DNA of 64,000 nucleotides from an uncultured Bifidobacteriaceae bacterium. Lineage in GTDB: Bacteria > Actinomycetota > Thermoleophilia > Miltoncostaeales > Miltoncostaeaceae. Position numbers and translations under genes: made by a program. The notes under the pieces were generated by a model, which worked only from the letters and a program-made list of their open reading frames with translations, was not told where the DNA came from and did not search any database. Positions 38,730 through 46,811 of the stretch are shown one piece after another. Every line of letters begins with the position of its first letter. The stretch's first letter is position 1. Location of the stretch: the NCBI GenBank assembly GCA_964531025.1, contig CAZHDY010000002.1, positions 167,661-231,660 on the forward strand, in the 5' to 3' direction.

Positions 38730-39173
38730 TTACTCCCCTTCCGTTCCATCGCGCCAGCGCACGACCGCGTCGAGTACCTCCTGCCCACGCGTGTCGGTGA
38801 GATCGCGGTCCCGGTACACGGACGTGCTGTCCCGCGCGCCGGGTGCTGAATCCTGGATCGCCCGGGCCAGACGGTGAAGAGAAGCGCGTCCCTCGTCGTC
38901 GTAGTCCCGTCGTTCCGACGGATCGAGCTCGATCAACCACGAGTAGCCCACGGCTCCGTCGTTGCAGTTCACGTCGAGAAAAAGTCGGTCCCCGTCTCGG
39001 AGGAGGAACCATCCCGCCGGCTCGTGATCGACCACGTCCACGCCGCGGATGTTGACACGGTCGGCGAACGGCGAGCAACGGTCTCGGTGCCCAGCCCCGG
39101 GACCCCATGCGGCGTAGCCATCCGCGGATGGCGCGATATGCACCCCACCACGGTCCAACACCCGCGGCGGCAC
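38730..39173 (-). CDS. hypothetical protein
   Basis: 147-aa ORF between the XRE regulator and the lipoprotein gene on the same strand. Contains GWFLLRDGDRLFLDVNCNDGAVGYSWLIELDPSERRDYDDEG. I recognise no family. Start uncertain. Confidence 0.5.
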   Translation of the reverse strand: MPPRVLDRGGVHIAPSADGYAAWGPGAGHRDRCSPFADRVNIRGVDVVDHEPAGWFLLRDGDRLFLDVNCNDGAVGYSWLIELDPSERRDYDDEGRASLHRLARAIQDSAPGARDSTSVYRDRDLTDTRGQEVLDAVVRWRDGTEGE

Positions 39174-39212
39174 GCGGTGCCCGATCGATGAGCGACACCG
39201 GAAGCCGTGCCG

Positions 39213-40088
39213 CTACTCCACGACGGACGACGACGCAGGACCATGGCGCACCACGATGCTCCCTCCAAGCCCAGGGGCACTGGTGGCGATGAGCCGGAGG
39301 ACGATCTCACCCCGGAACGGATGGGAGAACCTGCGGAGGGTGGTGTGATGGTCGCTGATCTCGTACCCGTCCCACCATTCCCCGAACAGGGGTTCGAGGC
39401 GACGGTATTCATCGAGTTGAGCGGCCAGCCGCCCGGGGTCGGTGTGCAGAGATATCCGCCGCCAGCGTGCAACGAGATCAGCGGCGACGTCGTTCCAGTC
39501 CGGGAGACGTTCGCGGGCCTCGGAACCCGTGAGCATCCAGCGCATCATGTTGCGGTGCTCCGAGGGGAGCCGGCCGAAGTCGGTGTAGAAGTCGACCGTC
39601 GCGGGGTTCCAGGCGATCACGTCACAGTGGACGTCGGCGGCATAGCAGGGATACGGGCTGGTCTCGTCGAGTCCGACGAGATAGCGGGCCAGATCGTGCT
39701 CGCTCAGCCCGCCGTCGCCGTCCCGTCGCTCGAGCAGCGGGCTCGTGGTGTCACCCAGCCGGTGCAGCAGGAGCCTCTCATCGGGATCGAGGCGAAGCAC
39801 ACGTGCGAGCGCGTCGAGCACCGACCGCGACGGGTTCACATCCCGCCCCTGCTCGAGGTACGTGTACCAGGTGGTGCTCACCCCGGCGAGTACGGCGACC
39901 TCCTCGCGACGCAGACCGGGTGCGCGTCGCCGCGGCGTCGTGGGCAGGCCGACGTCCTCGGGACGGATCCGGGCCCGCCGCGACCTCAGCAGGTCGGCGA
40001 TCTGGTCTCGCGCCACAGACGTCTCGGCCACCGCCTGACCTCCAAACACTGAACTGGGTAGTGCCGATTCTAGTACCAGCACGGTCAT
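39213..40088 (-). CDS. XRE-family HTH regulator with MmyB-like ligand-binding domain
   Basis: LRREEVAVLAGVSTTWYTYLEQGRDVNPSRSVLDALARVLRLDPDERLLL is the characteristic MmyB-type HTH. A C-terminal domain of about 170 aa follows. Confidence 0.8.
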   Translation of the reverse strand: MTVLVLESALPSSVFGGQAVAETSVARDQIADLLRSRRARIRPEDVGLPTTPRRRAPGLRREEVAVLAGVSTTWYTYLEQGRDVNPSRSVLDALARVLRLDPDERLLLHRLGDTTSPLLERRDGDGGLSEHDLARYLVGLDETSPYPCYAADVHCDVIAWNPATVDFYTDFGRLPSEHRNMMRWMLTGSEARERLPDWNDVAADLVARWRRISLHTDPGRLAAQLDEYRRLEPLFGEWWDGYEISDHHTTLRRFSHPFRGEIVLRLIATSAPGLGGSIVVRHGPASSSVVE

Positions 40089-40161
40089 TCAAACCCACTC
40101 GGACCGGTGGCACACTCGATTTCGGATACGGCATTTCGTGACAGAAGGGTGGGTGGTTCCG

Positions 40162-40563
40162 ATGATCGACGCAGTGGGTTTGGCCGGCCTTCCGGCGGCG
40201 CGACGGTACGTGGACGGCGTCGGACAACGCGACGCGGACGCGATCGCCGATGCTTTCGCAGCCGAGGCCGTGCTGCTGGACGTGGATCGCCCCTTCCACG
40301 GTCGCGACGCGATCCACCGTTGGGCGGTACGCGAGGTCGTCGGTGGCCGGCTGTCGGTCACGTCCGTCCATTCCCGCGCGGACGGCGTCGACCTGCTCGT
40401 GCGGTTCGTTCCGCCACCGGGAACGGGAGCGGGCTTCGCCGCCTGGTACTGCTTCGACACGATCGATGACCGCATCGCCACCGCCAGGCTCAGCTACGCA
40501 CACGGTGATACGACTCGCCCACCGCACGGGGCGACGGCATGGTCTGAGGCGGCACGGCGATGA
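40162..40563 (+). CDS. SnoaL-like / NTF2-like domain protein
   Basis: The track ORF starts at GTG 40138. ATG 40162 has a better-placed GGTGG. Contains AIADAFAAEAVLLDVDRPFHGRDAIHRWAV. Divergent from the MmyB-like regulator. Confidence 0.65.
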   Translation: MIDAVGLAGLPAARRYVDGVGQRDADAIADAFAAEAVLLDVDRPFHGRDAIHRWAVREVVGGRLSVTSVHSRADGVDLLVRFVPPPGTGAGFAAWYCFDTIDDRIATARLSYAHGDTTRPPHGATAWSEAARR

Positions 40564-41201
40564 GGACCACACGCCTCGATTTCTTCAGCGACGGCGTGTT
40601 CGCGATCGCCATCACGCTGCTGGTCGTCGAGATCCATGCCCCCGAGGGCGACGGAGCCCTTGCGGGCGCGCTGATCGACCTGTGGCCGTCCTTTCTCGGG
40701 TACGTGATCAGCTTTCTGCTGGTCGGCCTGATCTGGGCCAACCATCATGCGATGTTCCTCCACATCCGGTCCGCCGACCGGACGCTGATGTTCCTCAACA
40801 CCGTGCTCCTGATGACGGTCGCGTTCATCCCGTTCACCGCGGCGGTGCTCTCCCACGCGATCGCCGGGCGCCACGACCTGGGTGTGGCCGTCGTGACCTA
40901 CGGGTTCAACCTCACCGTCGGAGGCGTCGTCTTCAACGTCCTCTGGCAGTACGCCCGCCGTCACCCCGAGCTCTTGACGCCACAGACCACCCCGGAGACC
41001 GCCCGCCGAATGGGACGGCGATTCGTCGTCGGACCGGCCGTCTACGGCGCCGGGTCCGTAATCGGATACTGGGCACCGTTCGTCGGCCTTTCGCTGTTCG
41101 CCGTGCTCATCCTCTTCTTCTGGTTCCCCGCGAGCCCGCGCGAACGTGCCGAGAACCGACGGCGGGTGGCCGCGGGACGGGCCGAGGCCGAGGGCACGTG
41201 A
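40560..41201 (+). CDS. TMEM175-family (DUF1211) putative potassium channel
   Basis: Signature RLDFFSDGVFAIAITLLVVEI at the N-terminus and about 6 TM segments. ATGA overlap with the SnoaL gene. Confidence 0.8.
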   Translation: MRTTRLDFFSDGVFAIAITLLVVEIHAPEGDGALAGALIDLWPSFLGYVISFLLVGLIWANHHAMFLHIRSADRTLMFLNTVLLMTVAFIPFTAAVLSHAIAGRHDLGVAVVTYGFNLTVGGVVFNVLWQYARRHPELLTPQTTPETARRMGRRFVVGPAVYGAGSVIGYWAPFVGLSLFAVLILFFWFPASPRERAENRRRVAAGRAEAEGT

Positions 41202-41385
41202 CCATGGAGAGACCCCCTCACATGCATCGTGCTTCTCGCGGGGGGAGCCCAGGTCGTCAGTACGACGCGGTCACCGCGCTCGCGCGCCCGCGTCTCGATC
41301 TGACCGGAGAGACGGATGCCGTATCCGTTCGGTGCCCGTCCGAGGGGTAGGCTCACGTGAAGGCGCTCGCACCGAGGAGACCCCG

Positions 41386-41823
41386 ATGTTCGACGACCTT
41401 CCGGAACTACTCGCGGCATCGTCCCGCATCACGTGGCACGACGGTCATGCGACCCCGGACGAGTGGATCGAACGAGCGCAGACCGACCTCGGCTTCGATT
41501 TTCCGCCCTCATACGCATGGTGGTTGCGGACGTACGGCAACGGGTTCGTCGACTGCGCCGAGATCCTGTCGCTCGCACCACCTGAGTTCCGTGGCGATGC
41601 CGACTCGGACATCGTCACCGCCCATGCCCTCGATCGCCGCGGAGGTCTCACGCCGACCGACCGGCTGTACGTGCTGCGTCCGAGCCTGGACGAGGCCTTC
41701 TATTTCGACCTGAACGTTCGGTCGCCGTCAGGTGAGCTCGCGGTCTGGCGTGAGGACCGTCTGGGTAGCCGACCGGAGCGGTTCGCCGACGATTTCGCCG
41801 ACTTCCTGCGCAGGATGGCGTAG
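41386..41823 (+). CDS. SMI1/KNR4 family (SUKH-1 superfamily) protein
   Basis: ATG 41386 preceded by gaggaga. LGFDFPPSYAWWLRTYGNGFV... and a C-terminal FADFLRRM are typical of SMI1_KNR4. Confidence 0.75.
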   Translation: MFDDLPELLAASSRITWHDGHATPDEWIERAQTDLGFDFPPSYAWWLRTYGNGFVDCAEILSLAPPEFRGDADSDIVTAHALDRRGGLTPTDRLYVLRPSLDEAFYFDLNVRSPSGELAVWREDRLGSRPERFADDFADFLRRMA

Positions 41824-41960
41824 CCGGGACAGCCCGGCGGGCGTACACTCATCGCACGAACCCCGAGAGACCTGGGGACTCGACCATCCATCGCCGCGGC
41901 CGCCGCCCCGGCCGTCGTGCAACAGGCAGAGCATGCGCTGCCCGACGGGAAGGAACCGAT

Positions 41961-42755
41961 ATGAGTTCGCCGCCGACCACTGCAACCGTCGCGGTCAACG
42001 GCACGACGCTGCGCTACACGCGGCAGGGTCACGGCCCTCCCCTGCTCCTCGTCCACGGCGCCGGAGAGGACGCGGGGATGCTCACCGCACAGGCGGCGGC
42101 GTTCGCCACAGGTGGCTACGACGCCATCACCTACGATCGTCGCGGCACCGCGGAATCCGGCCGTGAGGACTGGCCAGGCGCCGGAGCCGGCCAACATGCG
42201 GACGACGCAGCGGCGCTCCTCGATGCCCTCGACGCTCGGGGAGCCACCGTCCTGGGACTCAGTTCGGGCGGTATCGTCGCCCTCGCGCTCGCGGCTCGCC
42301 AGCCGGAAGCGGTCGGACGGGTCTTCGCCTGGGAACCACCCGCGGTCGGCGTGATCCCCGGCGGGGCGGAGATGACCGCGCAGATCCTCCAGCCGATCGA
42401 GGCCCACCTCACCGAGCATCCGGGTGACTACGTGGGTGCCCAGGCCCTTCTGCTCACGCTCATCCTGGGCTTCCCCGTGGAGGTCGACGATCCCGCGTTC
42501 GAGGATGCCCGACGGAACGCCGAGTCGATGATCCGCGACGATCCCGCGATCACGCTCGAGCCGTTCGACCCCGCCTCCTTCACGGATCGCGCCGTGACCG
42601 TCGTCGTCGGTGATCAGCCGAACGAGGTCGTCGCCGGCGCCGTCCTCGCCCTCGGGGCGTTCCCTGACATCGACGTGGTGCGGATCCATGCCGGCCACGA
42701 GGTGTACTTCGAGGATCCGGCTGCGCTGGTGGACGTGGTCGGCTCGTCGCACTGA
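41961..42755 (+). CDS. alpha/beta hydrolase
   Basis: HGPPLLLVHGAGED oxyanion region and nucleophile elbow GLSSGG. 264 aa. Confidence 0.8.
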   Translation: MSSPPTTATVAVNGTTLRYTRQGHGPPLLLVHGAGEDAGMLTAQAAAFATGGYDAITYDRRGTAESGREDWPGAGAGQHADDAAALLDALDARGATVLGLSSGGIVALALAARQPEAVGRVFAWEPPAVGVIPGGAEMTAQILQPIEAHLTEHPGDYVGAQALLLTLILGFPVEVDDPAFEDARRNAESMIRDDPAITLEPFDPASFTDRAVTVVVGDQPNEVVAGAVLALGAFPDIDVVRIHAGHEVYFEDPAALVDVVGSSH

Positions 42756-42790
42756 CCCGACAGCCCAGCAGGTCAGGGTGATACACCAGC

Positions 42791-42831
42791 ACTTGCGGGC
42801 ACAAAAAAGCCCCGCACTTGCAGGGCTTTTG
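42791..42831. terminator. bidirectional intrinsic terminator with alternative hairpins
   Basis: aaaagccc-cgcacttgca-gggctttt (42805-42830) has an A-tract on one side and a T-tract on the other. The direct repeats acttgcgggc and acttgcagggc allow a second pairing. It serves the hydrolase gene (plus) and tRNA-Ala (minus). Confidence 0.7.
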
Positions 42832-42835
42832 TTAG

Positions 42836-42908
42836 TGGAGGATACCGGGATCGAACCGGTGACCTTCGCGCTGCCAGCGCGACGCTCTCCCAGCTGAGCT
42901 AATCCCCC
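42836..42908 (-). tRNA. tRNA-Ala (anticodon GGC), 73 nt, CCA not encoded
   Basis: Reverse complement folds as a cloverleaf: GGGGGAT-TA-GCTC-AGCTGGGA-GAGC-G-TCGCG-CTGGCAG-CGCGA-AGGTC-ACCGG-TTCGATC-CCGGT-ATCCTCC-A. The G3:U70 alanine identity pair is present. A -10-like TATACT lies 10 nt upstream. Confidence 0.95.
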
Positions 42909-42954
42909 GGGGAGACGGACAGTATAGAGAACACGTGACGAAACGCGTCGCCCG

Positions 42955-43350
42955 TCAGCTCTCCGCGCTACGAGCCGGCACCGGCTCGGGAGCGAACTCC
43001 TCGAGGGGCGCCTCACGCCAGAGACGGTCCAGCCGGTAGAAGTCGCGCGCCTGCGGCGTGAACACGTGGGCGATCACGTCGACGAAGTCCATGAGGATCC
43101 ACTCCCCCTCACGGTCACCCTCGGTCCTGCGGGCGAAGACGCCGGTCTCCTCCTTGACGGCCTTGCGGATCTCCTCGGATATGGCCTTGGTCTGACGCGG
43201 GGTCTGTCCCGTGGCGATGACTAGGTAGTCCGTGTAGGCCACGAGGTCGCGCATGTCGACGATCACGATGTCGGCGCCCTTCTTGGCGTCGGCCGCCGCC
43301 GCGATGCGGAGGGCGAGATCGTGTGTTGTGAATTCGGACTGATCGGTGAT
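42955..43350 (-). CDS. rsfS: ribosome silencing factor RsfS; probable non-canonical ATC start
   Basis: The track begins at GTG 43266. The conserved N-terminal helix (HDLALRIAAAADAKKGADIVIVDMRD) lies upstream in frame. ATC at 43350 has AGAAGGA 8 nt upstream and TAA two codons before it. The C-terminal part (WILMDFVDVIAHVFTPQARDFYRLDRLW) is typical RsfS. Confidence 0.8.
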   Translation of the reverse strand: MTDQSEFTTHDLALRIAAAADAKKGADIVIVDMRDLVAYTDYLVIATGQTPRQTKAISEEIRKAVKEETGVFARRTEGDREGEWILMDFVDVIAHVFTPQARDFYRLDRLWREAPLEEFAPEPVPARSAES

Positions 43351-43382
43351 CGGTTACGTCCTTCTGGTGACTCTCGGCGAGC

Positions 43383-43991
43383 TTAGGTGGAACGGTACAG
43401 GCGCTCCGCGGCGATGATATCGGCGACGGGACGCGGCACAAGGTGTGAATACGGGTCGCCGCTTCGAACGCGGTCGCGGATCATGGTAGAGGAGATGTCG
43501 ACGGCGGGCATCGCCACGAGGTCGACCCGGCCGGGCGCGATGTGCTCTCCGGCGTCGGCGAGTGCATCCAGATCGGCGGCTCCCCGTGCTACGACGGCGA
43601 GGCGCGCGACCGCGGTGATGCGTTCCGGGTCACGCCAGGTGCCGAACGCCAGAAGCTGGTCCGCGCCGATGATGAGGCTGATCTCGGTATCCGGCTCGTG
43701 GTCCCGGATGCCCTCCAGGGTGTCGACGGCGTAGCTGGGCCCGTCCCGGTCGATCTCGATGCGCGAGACCCGAAGACCGGGAAAGCCCACGACGGCGGCC
43801 TCCACCATCCGCAGCCGTAGCTCGGGATCCACGGGCGGCGCCGTGCGATGCGGCGGGCGTGCCGACACCATCAGCAGGACCTCGTCGAGATGACGCTGCC
43901 ACAGGCACTCCTGTGCGACGATCACGTGCCCCAGGTGTGGCGGGTTGAACGTTCCGCCGAACACGCCGATCCGCCGCGTACCCGCACTCAT
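43383..43991 (-). CDS. nadD: nicotinate-nucleotide adenylyltransferase
   Basis: IGVFGGTFNPPHLGHV motif and ISSTMIRDR near the C-terminus. 202 aa. Confidence 0.9.
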   Translation of the reverse strand: MSAGTRRIGVFGGTFNPPHLGHVIVAQECLWQRHLDEVLLMVSARPPHRTAPPVDPELRLRMVEAAVVGFPGLRVSRIEIDRDGPSYAVDTLEGIRDHEPDTEISLIIGADQLLAFGTWRDPERITAVARLAVVARGAADLDALADAGEHIAPGRVDLVAMPAVDISSTMIRDRVRSGDPYSHLVPRPVADIIAAERLYRST

Positions 43992-44070
43992 CGGGCCCCT
44001 CCCGAACGCGGGCGACGATAGACCCGGTGCACGGACCGGATCCTCATCGGTGCGGCCGGGCCGAAGAACG

Positions 44071-45183
44071 TCATTCGGGACCGGCCCTCTCGATGAGCAC
44101 GAAGCGGTCGCGATGGATCACCTCGTCGGGGATGCCGGGAACACGGCTGCGCACCTGTGCGCTGGAGAGACCCGCGATACGACGGACCTGGTCGGCCTCG
44201 AGGTTCGCGATGCCCTTGCCGATCACGGCTCCGTCCGGGTCGGCGACCTCCACGGCGTCACCCGCGTGGAAGTCTCCGCTGCAGTCGGTGATCCCCACCG
44301 CGAGGAGCGAGGTGCCCCGTTCGGCCAAGGCCGACGCCGCGCCGTCATCCACCGTGACACGGCCGCACGTCGGCTTGACGTGGCGCAGCCAGAGCTTGAA
44401 GGCGGAACGGGACGCACGGGAGGCCGGGAACCGCGTGGCGACCCCCCTCCCCTCCACGACATCGAGCACGATGCCGTCGGCACTCCCGTTGGCGATCGCG
44501 GTGGGCACCCCCGCCGCGGTGGCCATGGACGCCGAGGCGATCTTGCTGGTGATGCCCCCGCGGCCCAGGCCGCTGCCGGCGATGGAGGCAAGCTCGACAT
44601 CCTCGGGCGCCGTCCCCGCGGGCACGTCCTCGATCAGAACGGGGCCGTCGGACCCGGGCCCGTAGAGACCGTCGCGATCCGTGAGGAGCACCAGCATGTG
44701 AGCACCGAGGAGGATCGCCACCTGCGAGGCCAGGACGTCGTTGTCACCGAAGGTGATGTCGTCGGTGGCGGTGGTGTCGTTCTCGTTGATCACCGGGACC
44801 GTGCCGAGGTCGAGAAGACACTCAAGCGTGTTGCGTGCGTTGACGTAGGTGACACGATCCTCCAGGTCACCGGAGGTGAGGAGGACCTGCGCCGCAACCG
44901 TGTCGTGCGCGCCGAAGGCACGGATGTACCGCTTGATGAGCACCCCCTGCCCCACCGCGGACGCCGCCTGCAGCGCCGGGAGCAGGGTGGGACGTCCGGT
45001 GATGCCGAGACGCGCGAGCCCGAGCGCGATGGCACCGCTCGTCACCAGAACGGGCCGGTACCCCGCCGCGCGAAGCGCCACGAGATCGGCCACGCGAGCC
45101 TCGAGGACCTCCTCGCGGAACGCCCCCTCCGAGTCGACCAGCGTGGAGGTCCCGATCTTGACGACGACCGTGGCTTCAGCCAT
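44071..45183 (-). CDS. proB: glutamate 5-kinase (with PUA domain)
   Basis: VVKIGTSTLVD..., an amino-acid kinase fold, and a C-terminal PUA-like domain (VTVDDGAASALAERGTSLLAVGI). 8-nt overlap with obg. Confidence 0.9.
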   Translation of the reverse strand: MAEATVVVKIGTSTLVDSEGAFREEVLEARVADLVALRAAGYRPVLVTSGAIALGLARLGITGRPTLLPALQAASAVGQGVLIKRYIRAFGAHDTVAAQVLLTSGDLEDRVTYVNARNTLECLLDLGTVPVINENDTTATDDITFGDNDVLASQVAILLGAHMLVLLTDRDGLYGPGSDGPVLIEDVPAGTAPEDVELASIAGSGLGRGGITSKIASASMATAAGVPTAIANGSADGIVLDVVEGRGVATRFPASRASRSAFKLWLRHVKPTCGRVTVDDGAASALAERGTSLLAVGITDCSGDFHAGDAVEVADPDGAVIGKGIANLEADQVRRIAGLSSAQVRSRVPGIPDEVIHRDRFVLIERAGPE

Positions 45184-46123
45184 CGATCTCGACCTCGGCG
45201 CGCAGACGTCTCAGGAGCGCGTCACGGAGGTCGTCGATCCCCATTCCGGCGAACGAGTCGACGGCCACGTCGACACCACCGGGGGCCTCGCCCCGGACGT
45301 GCGTGGCGACGACGACCTCGGGGGTGCCGGGCGTCACATAGGGCGCAATGCCCTCGCGGACCTGGGCCAGCGCCTCGTCGACGAGTTCTGCCTCCCTGCC
45401 GTCGACGCAGTGAAGGATGATCTCGGCCCGCTCCAGCTGACCGAGGTAGCCGTCGCGTCGCGGGCGTCCCTGCTCGTCGACCCCGGGCAGGTCGGCCACG
45501 AGGAACAGGTTCCCGTACTCGTCCTTGAGCGGGCCGAACTCGGGCTGGCGCGAGGTGCGCGGATACTCGGCCACAGGGGCCACCGCACCGGTGAGGGCGT
45601 TCAGCAGGGCGCTCTTGCCGCTGTTCGGCAGGCCGACGATGGCCACCGACAGAGGCATGCGCAACTCGAGGACGATCCAGGCCTCGTCACCCGGCATCCC
45701 GGGTACCGATTCGCGCGGCGTCTGATGCGTGGACGAGCGGAATGCGTGGTTGCCGATGCCGCCCTCGCCGCCCACGGCGACCTCGGCGCGCTCACCGGGC
45801 TCGTTGAGGAAGGCGATCTCCTCGTCGTCGCGGATGATCCGCGTCCCGAGCGGGACGTGGATCTCGCTGTCCTCGCCGTTCTTGCCATGCCGGCGGCGTC
45901 CTGAACCGGGCTGACCCGGTCGCGCCTTGTGGTGTACGACGTGGCGGTAGCGGGACAGGTCCTCGACCGCAGGATCGGCGATCACGACGACCGAGCCGCC
46001 GCGCCCTCCGTTGCCACCGTCCGGGCCGCCCTTGGGCACGCGCGACTCACGACGGAACGAGACGCACCCGCCGCCGCCGTGCCCGCCCTGAACATGGATC
46101 TTGACCCGGTCGGTGAAGGCCAC
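45176..46123 (-). CDS. obg: Obg-family GTPase, short and with a divergent G domain
   Basis: Canonical glycine-rich Obg fold (FTDRVKIHVQGGHGGGGCVSFRRESRVPKGGPDGGNGGRGGSV). G1 is GLPNSGKS and G3 is DLPG. There is no NKxD; the aligned position reads VVATHVRG. 315 aa with no C-terminal extension. Confidence 0.8.
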   Translation of the reverse strand: MAFTDRVKIHVQGGHGGGGCVSFRRESRVPKGGPDGGNGGRGGSVVVIADPAVEDLSRYRHVVHHKARPGQPGSGRRRHGKNGEDSEIHVPLGTRIIRDDEEIAFLNEPGERAEVAVGGEGGIGNHAFRSSTHQTPRESVPGMPGDEAWIVLELRMPLSVAIVGLPNSGKSALLNALTGAVAPVAEYPRTSRQPEFGPLKDEYGNLFLVADLPGVDEQGRPRRDGYLGQLERAEIILHCVDGREAELVDEALAQVREGIAPYVTPGTPEVVVATHVRGEAPGGVDVAVDSFAGMGIDDLRDALLRRLRAEVEIDG

Positions 46124-46127
46124 CGGG

Positions 46128-46394
46128 TTACTGGGTGGCGGACGTCTCCGGGTGGACGAACACGCGGCGTCCCTTGTGACCGTTCGTGAACTCCACGCGT
46201 CCGGTGACCGTCGCGAAGATGGTGTGGTCGCGGCCGATGCCGGTGCCGTCCGCGGGACGGAACTTGGTACCGCGCTGGCGGACGATGATCGAACCGGCCG
46301 GGACGACCTGGCCGGCGAAGACCTTCACGCCGAGGCGCTGTGCCGCCGAGTCGCGACCGTTGCGGCTGGAGCCGCCACCCTTCTTATGAGCCAT
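46128..46394 (-). CDS. rpmA: 50S ribosomal protein L27
   Basis: ATG 46394 inside track ORF 46128..46664 gives [29 protein letters not shown]... An SD (gaggaa) lies upstream. Confidence 0.95.
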   Translation of the reverse strand: MAHKKGGGSSRNGRDSAAQRLGVKVFAGQVVPAGSIIVRQRGTKFRPADGTGIGRDHTIFATVTGRVEFTNGHKGRRVFVHPETSATQ

Positions 46395-46410
46395 TTCGCT
46401 ATTTCCTCGT

Positions 46411-46707
46411 CTACGCCGTGATGGACTCGATACGGATGCGCGAGAGGCGCGAGCGGTGGCCGCGCTTCTTCTTGCTGTCCTTCTTGGGGCGGTAGGTGAA
46501 CACGACCACCTTCTTGCCGAGGAGGTGCTCCTCGACGAGTGCCGTGACGGATCCACCGTCCGAAATGCCGGTGCCCTCGCCCACGGCGAGGACCGACGGG
46601 GAGAACGTCTCGCCCTCGTCCACCGCAAGCCGATCGACGAGCAGACGCTCACCTTCGGACACACGATATTGCTTGCCGCCGACGGCGATTACTGCGTAGT
46701 CCGGCAC
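46411..46707 (-). CDS. rplU: 50S ribosomal protein L21
   Basis: [25 protein letters not shown] prefer GTG 46707 (the usual short N-terminus) over the track start TTG 46734. Confidence 0.9.
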   Translation of the reverse strand: MPDYAVIAVGGKQYRVSEGERLLVDRLAVDEGETFSPSVLAVGEGTGISDGGSVTALVEEHLLGKKVVVFTYRPKKDSKKKRGHRSRLSRIRIESITA

Positions 46708-46760
46708 CTGTGCTCCCGGTCGAAAGACGAACAAACGCCCGTACGCGGGCGCGGCTGGGC

Positions 46761-46766
46761 ATTGTA
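46761..46766 (-). promoter_or_regulatory. -10 hexamer TACAAT for the rplU-rpmA-obg transcript
   Basis: Minus-strand TACAAT lies about 50 nt upstream of the rplU start. The leader contains the hairpin cgcccg-tacg-cgggcg (46736-46751) and a gggag SD. Confidence 0.45.
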
Positions 46767-46811
46767 CCGGATCTCTCCGGCGCGCGACGAATTACGCCGC
46801 GGGGACCGCTC

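Noticed and set aside
37281-42755. tRNA-Ala-linked genomic island.
   Set aside because: The patch between leuS and tRNA-Ala has accessory content. However, I see no integrase, no duplicated copy of the tRNA 3' end near 37250-37290, and no obvious compositional break.
41700-43016. 438-aa minus-strand ORF.
   Set aside because: It runs antisense through the alpha/beta hydrolase gene and straight through tRNA-Ala, so it is an artefact of stop-poor high-GC sequence.
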